A stretch of DNA of 64,000 bases. It comes from Mobula hypostoma (Eukaryota). The stretch lies in NCBI RefSeq assembly GCF_963921235.1, contig NC_086098.1, positions 4,216,001 to 4,280,000 of the forward strand. The letters are read 5' to 3'. The notes below the pieces were generated by a model, which saw nothing but the letters and a program-made list of their open reading frames with translations, made no database searches and had not been told where the DNA came from. This document shows, piece after piece, positions 1-11,875 of this stretch (position 1 is its first letter; every line of letters starts with the position of its first letter). The translations under genes and the position numbers were made by a program.

Positions 1-667
1 AGTGAACAGTGGTCAGTGGGTTCCAGCTGCCAGGGTCATCTACTGTCCATTCCAGGGCGACACATCCTGTGTGATACGGGTGTTCAAGTGAGTGTGCTGC
101 CAGCATCACGTATTGAAGAGAAGGCAAAGAGCGACAAAACCTCACTGGAGGCCGTCAACGGCAGCAAGATCCAAACTTATGGGACATGATGGGTGACGCT
201 CTGCTTCAGTGGGCGATGTTACACATGGGACTTCGTCCTGGCTCAAGTGGCTCGACGTCTGCTTGGTGCAGATTTCCTGTGTGCCCAAGGACTGTCAGTT
301 GATCTCAACAACTGCCGGCTTGTGGATGTCAAGGACTTTGGGTCTTTCCCCTGCTCTCCCAGTAAGCTCCCCACAACGACTCTGTCAAGCACATGCACCA
401 CAGCATGTGAGTTTACTCGACTGCTGGGTGAATTCCCAAACCTCACCAAGCCCACATTCTCCACTACAGTCACAAAACATGGGTCAAGCAATGAACTTCC
501 ACAACTGGCCCTCCCCACCCACATGTATAGACTGGATCCAGGGCAGCTGACAACAGCAAAGGCTGAGTTTGCCTACATGGAGAGACTTGGAAATGTATGT
601 CGGATGAATAGCCCCTGGGCTTCACCCTCCAAATGGTCCCCAAGTGTGATGGTGGTTACCACCACGT

Positions 668-1248
668 CAGACATCCCACCTCTCCCGGAAGTTCCGGGAG
701 TCTCCTGCAAATTAATAGTGGCTCGCTGATGCCCACAAATTATATACAATGTCCCAGAAATTGATTTTTTTGAGAGCGAGCGCAAGAGCAAGAAAGCAAG
801 CACGAGAGAGCAAGCGCGAGTGACAGCGACGAGAGAGCGAGAAAGCGAGAAAGCCAGCGCGAGGGAGAGCGACGAGTGAGAGAGCGCACGCGCGATAGAG
901 AGCAAGAGTGAGAGAGTTCCAACAACAGAAACTATAAAACGTACGTCACCCCAGACTACACTAAAGTGTACCCCTGCCTAATAGGGGTCAAAGATAATGA
1001 CAGTGTTGCTCGCTGCGCTGTTTGCAACAGTGACTTTTCTATTGCCCATGGTGGGTTAAGACTGTAAAAGACATGTTGAGGTGAGTTTAACAGGTGTCAT
1101 TCGTTCATTAGCATAGCTAACGTTATTTAAACTAGGGGGCTACTGCTAAGGAGCTACTCTATTGCAGACATCCCACCTCTCCCGGAAGTCTCCTGCAAAT
1201 TAATGGTGCTACCTCCCTGAAATGAGTTTTTGCAGGGTGGGATGTCTA
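668..1248 (+). mobile_element. Non-autonomous DNA transposon (probably hAT, Blackjack-like) inserted in Gypsy RT
   Basis: 12-bp inverted ends agacatcccacc (669-680) / ggtgggatgtct (1236-1247). Internal remnant 921-1080 reads YKTYVTPDYTKVYPCLIGVKDNDSVARCAVCNSDFSIAHGGL(fs)DCKRHVE, a transposase-type Zn finger. It splits the Gypsy DGGxxPCGDY motif. No clean TSD. Confidence 0.7.
771..916. repeat. GA/GCGA-rich low-complexity repeat
   Basis: Degenerate (GAGAGC/GCGA)n tract. Confidence 0.8.
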
Positions 1249-2893
1249 CCTTGTGGTGATTATTGACACCTTATCAAGGCCACCATCCCCGATCATTACC
1301 TAGTCCCACACATTTAAGACTTTTCAGTACGTTTAACCAGAAAGTTCATTTTTTCCCAAAGACGATTTCGTTAGGGGCTACCCTCAGGTGCCTGCGTACT
1401 CAGAGGATATACCCAAAACAGCTGTAATAACCCTGTTTGGCCTTTTGGAGTTTCTGTGCATGCTGCTTGGACTGAAAGATGCAGCACAGACTTTCCAACA
1501 CCTGATGAACTCAATATTAAAAGATTTAGATTTTCTTTTTGTTAACCTGGTTGTCATTCCTGTCACCAGTGCATCCAAATCTAAACACGTATCCTCTCTC
1601 CGCAAACTTTGCAAGTGCTTAAGCCAACACGGGCTGATTATTAACCCTGCTAAATGCCAAATTGGGCTGTCAACCATTGACTTTCTCAGCTATCCCATCT
1701 CTGCAGAGAGCGTGAAGCCCCTCCCATCCAAAGTAGCCGCTGTCATGGATTTCCCACCGCCCCGCACTGCTAAAAAAACTACAGGAGTTTTTAGGCATGG
1801 TGAATTCCTATCATCACTTCATTCCATGAACTGTTGAACTTATGCTCTCCCTGTACAGTACAGTGCGCTTATAGGCAATACTCCTAACAAGTGCTTGACC
1901 GGTCAGCAACATGACCAGGGCATTTGATGATGCCGAACGTTCTCTTCCTAACGTGACCCTACTGGCACACCTGCTTCCCGATTCACCCAGAGCCTTTACA
2001 ACTGACGGCTCAGACTGTGCTGTGCATGAACAGCTGGTCGGAGGCCTGTGGCAGCTGCTCACTTTCTTCAGTGGGCAGATCCGTCCCCGAAAGGAAGTAC
2101 AGCATATTCGACATGAGCACCTCGGTCTCTGTCCACCATCTTCATTTTCTTCTAGAGGGTTGCCATTTCACAGCGTTCATTGACCACAATCCCCTCGTCC
2201 ATGCCATGGCCAAAATATCAGACCTTTGATCTGCACAGCAACAATGCCACCTGGCTTACAGATATACGACATATCAAGAGGAAAAATACTGCCGTGGCCG
2301 ATTGCCTGTCACGGCCAGCTGTTAAGGCCGTACATATAGGGGTTGATTATGACATGGCAGCCTACCAAGTTACTGTCCCAGAGGTCCAGGCTCACCGAAC
2401 AGCCGTCACGGGCCTGCAGTTGGCTGATATTAAGTCCGGGGAAGCTGGGGATTCTCTCCTGTGTGAAGTCTCATCTGGTCACCCTTGCCCTCTTGTGCCC
2501 ACAAACTGGAGGCAGACTGTTTTCGACTCCACACATGGCCTCTCAGAGCCAGGCCGGAAGGCCTCACAGAAACTGATTGCACTAAAGTTTGTTTGACACA
2601 GCCTCAGAAAGGATGTGCACGATTAGACTGCTGCTTGTGTGGAGTGCCAGCCGACAAAAATTAACCATGATGTTTAGGCGCCATTTAAGGTCTCTGAGCG
2701 ATGGTTTGACCATGTCAATGTGGACCCTGTTGGTCCTCCTCCCGACTCCCGCAGTTTCTCGCACCTTCTTACAATACCTGGTGCCCCTCTAGCGTCAACA
2801 ACGGCCACAGCCTTGGCTTGGGTGTTCACCAGCACCTGGGTTGTTTGGTCTGGCACTCTATCTGATATTTCCTCTGACCGTGGTCCCCAATTC

Positions 2894-3523
2894 CTCAAAT
2901 GGCGGGAGGAGAAGATGGCAGCATGATGCAGCGCGCACAGATTTCCGGTGAATGATATCAGTATTTGTAAGTAGGATGCTGTGCACAATTCTGATTTGAT
3001 GGAGACAGACGTGAGAAGCACAGAGGAACATCGGAGAAACTTCTGAAATGCCTGGTTCGCTGCTGCTGCTACTGTGCGATCGAGAATCTCCGGAGGGAAG
3101 GCCCCAAATCCTCGGCTTTGCCTGCTGCTTGCGGCCGGGGCTAGGGTCGAAACGCTCGGCAGAGATGGTGCTCGGTGTCGGAGGGCTGGTCAGAGGCTTG
3201 AAGTTTTCGAACGACTTAGAGTCGGACTGTGGTCGGGCATGACAGGGAAAGTTTTCTTCCTTCTCCCGTCTGCGTGAGATGTGGGACTTTCGAGAGACTT
3301 TGAACTTTTTTACCGTGCCCATGGCCTGTTCTTCATCAAGTTATGGTATTGCTTGCACTGTTGTAACTATATGTTATAATTATGTGGTTTTTGTCAGTTT
3401 TTCAGTCTTGGTCTGTCCTGTGTTTCTGTGATATCACAGCGGAGGAATATTGTATCATTTCTTAATGCATGCATTACTAAATGACAATAAAAGGGGACTG
3501 CGTGTCCCATTATCTAATCTAAT
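2894..3523 (+). mobile_element. Non-autonomous short retroelement (non-tRNA head, TCTAA tail), copy 1
   Basis: Begins GGGAGGAGAAGATGGC at 2904 and ends aatgacaataaa...tatctaatctaat. AATTC TSD (2889-2893/3524-3528) within the Gypsy DRGPQF codons. Homologous to 30858-31460 and 59565-60228. Confidence 0.85.
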
Positions 3524-3999
3524 AATTCATTTCTGACCTCTGGACTGTGATGGTTTGAGGTTACATCACACCACGGCATATCACCCGCAGTCCAATGGCC
3601 TACACCAGCGGTTTCCCCGCTCCTTAAAGGCTGCTCAGAGGGCTTCCCTGACTGATGAGCGTTGGCGTGATTGTCTCTCGTGGGTCCTGCTGGGACTCAG
3701 ATCTGCTCCAAAAGAGGACCGGCAGTTGTCCACAGCTAAGTTGGTATACGGACAGCCATTACGAGTGCCAGGTGAATTCATTCCAGACGCCACAACCACC
3801 TGGTCAGACTCTCAACAGCATTCCACCCTTCTCAGTAAATTCAATTCCTTTTCACCTGTTCCTACCTCCCATCATGGCCTACAGCACCTTGGGTACCTGC
3901 TGACCTACATTCCACCTGTTTGATTTTGTCCACCATTAGGCCCCTTATGATGGCCGTTCAATGTTTTGGAACGGAGAGAAATAATTTTTATCAGGGATA

Positions 4000-5146
4000 G
4001 ACCATAAGACCATAAGACAAAGGAGCAGAAGTCAGCCATTTGGCCCAGCGAGTCTGCTCCGCCATTTTATCATGAGCTGATCCATTCTCCCATTTAGTCC
4101 CACTCCCCCATCTTCTCACTATAACCTTTGATGCCCTGGCTACTCAGATACCTATCAATCTCTGCCTTAAATACACCCAATGACTTGGCCTCCACTGCTG
4201 CCCGTGGCAACAAATTCCATAGATTCACCACCCTGACTAAAAAAATTTCTTCGCATTTCTGTTCTGAATGGGTGCCCTTCAGTCTTTAAGTCATGCCCTC
4301 TCGTACTAGACTCCCCCATCATGGGAAACAACTTTGACACATCCACTCTGTCCATGACTTTCAACATCCGAAATGTTTCTATGCGGTCTCCCCTCATTCT
4401 TCTAAACTCCAAGGAATACAGTCCAAGAGCGGACAAATGTTCCTCATATGTTAACCCTCTTATTCCCGGAATCATTCTAGTGAATCTTCTCTGTACCCTC
4501 TCCAACGTCAGCACATCCTTTCTTAAATAAGGAGACCAAAACTGCCCACAGTACTCCAAGTGAGGTCTCACCAGCGCCTTATAAAGCCTCAACATCACAT
4601 CCCTGCTCCTATACTCTATTCCTCTAGAAATGAATGCCAACATTGCATTCGCCTTCTTCACTACTGACTCAACCTGGAGGTTAACCTTAAGGGTATCCTG
4701 CACGAGGACTCCCAAGTCCCATTGCATCTCCGAACTTTGAATTCTTTCCCCACTTAAATAATAGTCTGCCCGTTTATTACTTCTGCCAAAGTGCATAACC
4801 ATACACTTTCCAACATTGTACTTCATTTGCCCATTCTTCCAATCTATCCAAGTCTCTCTGCAGACTCTCCGTTTCCTCAGCACTACAGGCCCCTCCACCT
4901 ATCTTTGTATTGTCAGCAAACTTAGCCACAAAGCCATCTATTCCATAATCCAAATCGTTGATGTACAATGTAAAAAGAAGTGGCCCCAACACGGACCCCT
5001 GTGGAACACCACTGGTAACCGGCAGCCAACCAGAATAGGATCCCTTTATTCCCACTCTCTGTTTCCTGCCAATCAGCCAACGCGCTATCCATGTATGTAA
5101 CTTTCCCATAATTCCATGGGCTCTTATCTTGTTAAGTAGCCACATG
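4000..5146 (-). mobile_element. 5'-truncated CR1 LINE (RT and 3' UTR)
   Basis: [34 protein letters not shown]; (TCTTATGG)n tail at ~4000-4018. Confidence 0.93.
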
Positions 5147-5519
5147 GAGGGATAATTATCCCTCATAAGAGGGATAAATCTGAATCTATCTCAGTAGATT
5201 GCCTTAAGCCAGCCCACCAAGATTTGGAGTATTGCAGTGCCACACCCCTGATGTCACAACATGACCATGAACCTGACGAGTGTGGTTCCTCCTCCCATGG
5301 AACACAGGACCCAAGCCGGGTGGCTTGTCTGAGCTCCACACAGGCTCACAATACCAGTTTCAGTGAATTCTGGGGGCGGGGTGGGGGGAGATCTGTGAAG
5401 GGTAAAGTAATTGGGAGAAACGTACATAATTCACAACCACTGACAGTGAGTTGGGGTTTTGCTTGAAGAGGCTGGTCTGACGTGATGATGGTATTACATA
5501 CAAGATTTTTAGCTCATCA

Positions 5520-6400
5520 TCACTGTGGAAGTAAGTGACACTGGGTGAAAATCATTGAGGCAGGTTATGACGCTCTTCTTGGGCACGGTATGATTGGACC
5601 ATGCTTGAAGCAGGTGGGTGCCACACACTGCCAGAGCGAAAGGTTGAATATATCTGAATACACTGGTCAGCACGGGTCTTCAGCACTGAGCCAGGTGCTC
5701 CATCCAGACCAGATGTTTTCCTTGGACTCACTCTCTTGAAGGCAGCCCACTGTCATCTTCAGATACTGAGACCAAAGGATCATCGGGAGACACGGTTCCT
5801 CCCTGTTCTGGTGCTCAAAATAGAAGCATAGAGCCCATCTGCTGTCCCCTATGTCAGGAGGTTATGGCATTCAAACCCCACCACGGCTGTCGAGCATCCT
5901 TCGTTGATTCCAGTCTGGTCTGAAATCTCCACTTCACCCGAGACATGGCTTTCTGGAAATCATACCTGCACCTTCTGTTGCATTCTTGATCTCCAGACTG
6001 CAATGCCTCTGATCTGGCTCTCAGCAAATTCCAGATTTCATGGCTTATCGAGGGCTTCTGACTGGGGTATGAGTGTGTCCCTGTGAACAATTTCATAGGG
6101 ACACACTCATCCACAGCTGTTTTATTAAATGCTGTAAGACCCTGGTGTAGTCATTCAGGTCCTGAGATGAGTACCCGAATATGGCCCAGTCTTCTGACTC
6201 AATACAGTCCTGTAACTGTTCTCAGCTACCCACGACCACCCCTGAGTTGTCTTGATGCCTGGAACCTTGCTTTTTAGGCTCTGTCTGTGTGCAGGTTGCA
6301 GGAGTACAGACAAATGATCCAATTTACCAAGATGCGGTCTCGGAAAGGAACGATAGGCATTCCTTATTGTAGTGGAGCAGTGGTCTGGTGGGTGCAACAG
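5520..6400 (-). mobile_element. Rex1/Babar LINE fragment (endonuclease-linker)
   Basis: DHCSTTIRNAYRSFPRPHLGKLDH; QKPSISHEIWNLLRARSEALQSGD. Confidence 0.8.
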
Positions 6401-6402
6401 TA

Positions 6403-8093
6403 ATGGGGAGTAAGGAAATGGTAGATGAATAAATAGTTATTTTGCATCCACCTTTACTGTAGAAGACACTACCAGTATCCCAGAAGTTCAAGAGTGTCAG
6501 GGGATGGAGGTGAGTGCAGTTGCTATTACAAGGGAGAAGGTTCTTGGAAAACTGAAAGATCTGAATGTGGATAAGTCGCCTGGAACAAATGCTCGACACA
6601 ACAGGGTTCTGAAAGAGGTGGCTGAGGAGAATAATGATAATGATCTTTCAAGAATCACTAGATTCTGGAATGGTTCCGGAGGACTGGAATATTGTAAATG
6701 GCACTCCAATCTTCAAGAAGGGAGGGATGCAGAAGGAAGGAAATTATAGGCCAGTTTGCTTGACCTCAGTGGTTGGGAAAATGTTGGAGTCAATTGTAAA
6801 GGATGAGGTCTCAGGATACTTGGAGGCACATGATAAAATAGGCCATAGTCAGCATGGTTTCCTCAAGGGAAAATCTTGTCTGAAAAATCTGTTGGAGTTC
6901 TTTGAGGAAATAAGGAAGATAGACAAAGGAGAATCCGTTGATGTGTTCCTGGATTTTCAGAAATCCTTTGACAAGGTGGCACACATGAGGCTGCTTAACA
7001 AGATAAGAGTATTATAGGAAAGATTCGAGCATAGATAGAGCATAGATAGCTGATTGGCAGGAGGTAAAGCCTTTTCTGCTGGCTGCCAGTGACTAGTCAA
7101 TTTCCACAGCAGTCTATGTTGGGGCTGCTTCCTTCTTATGTTATATGTCAATGATTGAATGATGAAAATGATAGCTTTGTGGCCAGGTTTGTTGATGATA
7201 TGAAGATAAGTGGAGCGTTAGTTCGTGTTGAGGAAGCAGGAAGGTTGCAGATGCACTTCGATAGATGAGGAGAATGGGCAAAGTGGCAAATGGGAGGTGT
7301 GTCCAGAGGTGTACAATAAAAGGGTAAAAAGCATACACTATTTCTAAATGGACAGTAAATTCAAAAATCTGAGGTGTAAACAAACTTGGGAGTCCTTGTG
7401 CAGGATTCCCTAAAGGTTAACATGTAGGTTAAGTCAGTGGGGAGCAAGGTAAATGCAATGTTAGCATTCATTTCAAGAGGACTAGAATATAAAAGCAAGG
7501 ATGTAATGTTGAGGCTTTATAAGGCACTGGTGAGGCCTCACTTGGAGTAGTATGAGCAGTTTTGGGCTCCTTATCTAAGAAAGGATGTGCTGACATGGGA
7601 GAGGGTCTAGAGCAGGTTCATGAAAACAATTTGAGGAATGCAAGGTTATCATATGAGGAGCGTTTGATGGCTCTGGGTCTGTATCATCAGAATTTAGAAG
7701 AATGAGGACGAGGGGAGATCACATTCAAACTCTTGTAAGTCCTAGATAGAATGGATGAGGAGAGGATGTTTTCTGTAGTTGGGGAGTCTCAGGCCAGAGG
7801 GCACGGTCTCAGTATAGAGGGATATCAATTTAGAACGGAGATGAGGAGGAATTTCTTTAGCCAGAGGGTGGTGAATCTGTGGACTTTATTACCACAGGTG
7901 GCTGTGAAGGCCAGGTCATTGGGTGTATTTAAGGCAGGGGTTGACAGGTTCTTGACTGATCAAGATGTGAAAGATTACAGGGAGAAGGCAGGAGAATGGG
8001 GTTGAGAGGGAAAATGAGTCAGTTATGATGAAATGGCAGAGCAGAACTGATTGGCTGAATGGCTAATTTTGTCCTCTCTCTAATGGTCTTATG
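6403..8093 (+). mobile_element. CR1 LINE fragment (RT, 3' UTR)
   Basis: GNYRPVCLTSVVGK, QHGFLKGKSC, DFQKSFDKV, RRNFFSQRVVNLW; ends ggtcttatg. Confidence 0.92.
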
Positions 8094-8132
8094 TCAGATC
8101 AGGTCACTGGTCTGAGTGCTACTGGTACCACG

Positions 8133-8525
8133 TAACCAGTACTACCTGTCACATGGTCAGGTGGTCGGCGACTAAACCGGCTCCCCCACCGGGCTTGCCT
8201 GGTGAGGAGGGTGGCTAGACACCCTGCAGGACGAAAAACAAGACCTGTCAAAGGATGGATGAACCCTCTCGTAGGGTCAACGGCCATCTAGCAAACACGT
8301 GCTGTGAAGCGTGGAAAGGGCATCCCTTGCATCGAAGCTTGGTCTGGCCATTCACTGCAACAGAACTTCCCCCAGCCGTCTTGGACCCCACTGCGCCGCT
8401 GGATCCGGAAGGGGATGTCGAGAGGGTGGGTCTGGACCTGTGCAACCCCCTACTCACCTAAAATCCACTCACGCACACTCTGTTCCCTTCTGAGGAGTGG
8501 GGTACCACCCCACTAACTGACTGAA
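8133..8525 (+). mobile_element. Short GC-rich interspersed element, possibly RTE-derived and non-autonomous
   Basis: CpG-rich block ending in a short ctaactgactga tail. The resemblance to RTE 5' UTRs is from memory only. Confidence 0.35.
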
Positions 8526-9291
8526 AGGAACCATCATCGTCCTATGGGATGGATAGCCAGAGAGTGGTCTTATGCAGAATGGACCTCCAGTTTCCCCCTG
8601 CTGTGGTCTATAATCAGCTCCTCGGTCTGCAAACATTGAGTAAGAGGTTGTTGTTATGGCACCTCTCAGTCAGATTTTCAACCTCTCTCGTATATGCTGA
8701 TTTGTCACCAGCTTGGATTCGACCTATGGCAGTCTAGAAACTTGGGCCTCGTTCCTCGGCGTCAATCCCTGTCATTTTCGGTTGTTACAAGATATTTCAC
8801 AGCAGCTACTGAAATACCCGTGAGACTGAAGCTTAAACACTTCAGTAACTCTTAAAGAATTGTGACATGTGATTCAGAGGCAAAGCAGCACTGCCTCCAG
8901 CAAGGTTAAACTTTTGGTCCTATGGGATCTGTTTGCTTACCATTGAGACTGTGAACAAACATGAGTAATTAGCAGACACTAAGCACTGCAAATACCAACC
9001 GGCATCAAGCTAAAGAAAAAACACAAGCGATTCTACAGATATTGGACATAGCCCAGTCCATCACAAGTAAAGCGCTCCCCACCACTGAGTAGACTTGTAG
9101 ATCACATTGTCGTGGGAAGCAACATCCATCATCAAGGAATCCAACATCCAGGCCATGTTCCCTTCTCACTGCTGCCACAGGAGCGTCAGGACTCCCACCA
9201 CCAGCTTCAGGAACAGTAATTATCCCTCAGCCACTGGGCTGCTGATGCAGAGGGGATAACTTCAGTCACCTCAACTCTGAACTGATCCCAC

Positions 9292-9757
9292 ATGAACATT
9301 GACTTCTCTAACTTCCGCTAATGCCCCACCTCCCCCTTGTACCCTATCCGTTATTTATTTATATACACACATGTTCTCTCTCTCTCTCCTTTTGCTCCCT
9401 CTGTCCCTCTGACTATACCCCTTGCCCATCCTCTGGGTTTTCCCCCCCTCCCCCTTTTCTTTCTCCCTGGGCCTTCTGTCCCATGATCCTCTCATATCCC
9501 TTTTGCCAATCACCTGTCCAGCTCTTGACTCCATCCCTCCCCCTCCTGTCTTCTCCTATCATTTTGGATCTCTCCCTCCCCCTCCCACTTTCAAATCTCT
9601 TACTCACTCTTCCATCAGTTAGTCCTGACGAAGGGTCTCAGCCCGAAACGTCGACTGTACCTCTTCCTAGAGATGCTGACTGGCCTGCTGCGTTCACCAG
9701 CAACTTTGATGTGTGTTGCTTGAATTTCCAGCATCTGCAGAATTCCTCGTGTTTGCG
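9292..9757 (+). mobile_element. Penelope-like element 3' end/pseudo-LTR
   Basis: atgaacattgacttctctaacttccg (end of GIY-YIG ORF), pyrimidine-rich UTR, hammerhead motif, ...ccagcatctgcagaattcctcgtgtttgcg; flanked by duplicated ccaca. Confidence 0.88.
9621..9656 (+). ncRNA. Minimal type-I hammerhead ribozyme motif (intact core)
   Basis: agtc-CTGACGA-a-GGG-tctcag-CCC-GAAA-C-GTC-gact: stem I agtc/gact, stem II GGG/CCC, GUC triplet, palindromic ACGT in place of stem III. Confidence 0.8.
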
Positions 9758-9990
9758 CCACAACCTATGGACTCACTTCCAAGGGCCCTACAACTTGTAT
9801 TCTCAGTGTATATTACTGGTTTATTTATTATTGCTATTTGCTTTCATTTAGTATTTGCGCAGTTTGTTGTCTTTTGCACACTGCTTGTTTGTCCACCTTG
9901 TCTGCAGTTTTTCACTGATTCTGTTGTGCTTCTTTCTACTCAGTATTAACAGCCACAGAAAACGAATCTGTGTAGTATATGTGACATGTA

Positions 9991-10534
9991 CAGCCCTGTG
10001 CAGAAGCCTTCGGTACATGTATATAGCTGGAGTGCCGAAAACTTTTGCACAGTACTGTAGTAATTTTATGTATTGCACTGTACTGCCATCACAAATAAAA
10101 ACAATTTTTAAGGCGTATGTGAGAGCTGATAACCCTGATTCTGATATGGGTCACTTTTGTGGACTGGCAGTGGGAAGGGGTCAGGGAGAGGGGAATCATG
10201 GTTGGGAAAAGGGAAAGAAAGATGGAAGGGAGAGGGGAGGGAGCAGGAAGCACCAGAGAGACGTTCTGTAATGATCAACAAATCAATTGTCTGGAATCAA
10301 ATGACCTTGCCCGGTGTCTCAGGTTTGGGTGTGGCTCCATTCACGCCACCCTCCACCCCGGCCCTCCTTCGCTGCCACCCCTCCCACAGCACTCCACCCT
10401 CACCATTCCCAACATCCTTTGCTCCTGCCAGATTTATGAACTCGCTCTCTGCTTCAAGGTGACAAATACAGTACTGTACAAACGTTTTAGGCACCCTAGC
10501 TATATATGTATGCCCAAGTTTTTTGCACAGTCTG
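9991..10534. mobile_element. Tc1/mariner-like non-autonomous element with self-palindromic ~67-bp ends
   Basis: 9991-10057 and 10469-10534 are approximate reverse complements of each other. Each is itself a hairpin of CAGTACTGTGCAAAAG-like TIRs, with TA at most boundaries. Confidence 0.65.
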
Positions 10535-10706
10535 CTACATACTTCAACAATACATTTATTTTGAACTTTGAGCAACACAGATAAAGGACCAAGAATCAAT
10601 TTTATTCACCTTATCCATTTACATGTATAAAGGATTTACTGTGGTGTGTTGGTAGGGCACAACATGTGGCAAAATAGAACATTCAACAATTATAAACATT
10701 TAAAAA

Positions 10707-11871
10707 ATAGAGAATCATAGAACCATAGAAAACCTACAGCACAATACAGGCCCTTTAGCCCACAAAGCTGTGCCGAACATGTCCTTACCTGAGAAATTAC
10801 CTATGGTTACCCATAGCCCTCTATTTTACCAAGCTTCATGTACCTGTCCAGGAGTCTCTTAAAAGACCGTATCGTATCCACCTCCACCACCGTCACCGGA
10901 AGCCCATTCCACACACTCACCACTCTCTGCGTAAAAAATTTAGCCCTGACATCTCCTCTGTACCTACTTCCAAGCACCTTAAAACTGTGCCCTCTCATGC
11001 TAGCCATTTCAGCCCTGGGAAAAAGCCTCTGACTATCCACATGATCAATGCCTCTCATCATTTTATACACCTCTATCAGGTCACCTCTCATCCTCCATCG
11101 CTCCAAGAAGAAAGGACCAAGTTCACCCAACCTGTTTTCATAAGGCATGCTCCCCAATCCAGGCAACATCCTTGTAACTCTCCTCCTCACCCTTTCTATG
11201 ATTTCCACATCCTTCCTGTAGTGAGGTGACCAGAACTGAGCACAGTACTCCGAGTGGGGTCTGACCAGGGCCCTATATAGCTGCAACATTACCCCTCGGC
11301 TCTTAAACTCAATCCCACGATTGATAAAAGCCAATGCACCGTATGCCTTCTTAGCCACAGAGTCAACCTGTGCAGCAGCTTTGAGTGTCCTATGGACTCA
11401 GACCCCAAGATCCCTCTGATCCTCCACACTGCTGAGTCTTACCATTAATACTATATTCTGCTGTCATATTTGACCTACCAAAATGAACCACTTCACAATT
11501 ATCTGAGTTGAACTCCATCTGCCACTTCTCAGCCCAGTTTTGCATCCAATCAACATCCCGCTGTAACATCTAACAGCCCTCCACACTATCCACAACACTC
11601 CCAACCTTTGTGTCATCAGCAAATTTACCAACTCATCCCTCCACTTCCTAATCCAGATCATTTATAAAAATCACGAAGAGTCGGGGTCCCAGAACAGATC
11701 CCTGAGGTATACTACTGGTCACCGACTTCCATGATCCGTCTACGACCACTCTTTGCCTTCTCTGGGCAAGCCAATTCTGGATCGACAAAGCAAGGTCCCC
11801 TTGGATCCCATGCCTCCTTACTTTCTCAATAAGCCTGGCATGGGGTACTTTGTCAAATGCCTTGCTAAAAT
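10707..11871 (-). mobile_element. 5'-truncated CR1 LINE (second subfamily)
   Basis: LYRALVRPHSEYCAQFWSPHYRKD; (TTCTATGG/TTCTATG)n tail; close to 55173-55700 and 58540-59295. Confidence 0.92.
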
Positions 11872-11875
11872 CTTG

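Larger units (their letters stand above)
1..5392 (+). mobile_element. Degenerate Ty3/Gypsy LTR retrotransposon pol (protease-RT-RNaseH-integrase), interrupted by three insertions
   Basis: CDTG protease motif at 70-81, LLGADFL, SPWASP, EDIPKTAVITLFGLLEF, DHNPL, NTAVADCLSR, SDRGPQF, TTAYHPQSNG, SVDCLKPAH; G-rich polypurine-tract-like sequence at ~5370-5390; many stops and frameshifts. Confidence 0.92.
9020..9990 (+). mobile_element. Rex1/Babar 3' fragment interrupted by a Penelope insertion
   Basis: gcccagtccatcac...ccaggccatg...caccaccagcttcaggaacag pattern, as in the other Rex1 3' ends; resumes at ccacaacctatggactcac. Confidence 0.7.

Noticed and set aside
2858..3322. 154-aa ORF and its 152-aa counterpart at 59850-60308 as a novel protein family
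   Set aside because: Antisense to a GC-rich repeat; frames are not conserved among the three copies.
9321..9851. Pro/Ser/Leu-rich ORFs here and at 12388-12814
   Set aside because: Chance frames across pyrimidine-rich Penelope UTRs.
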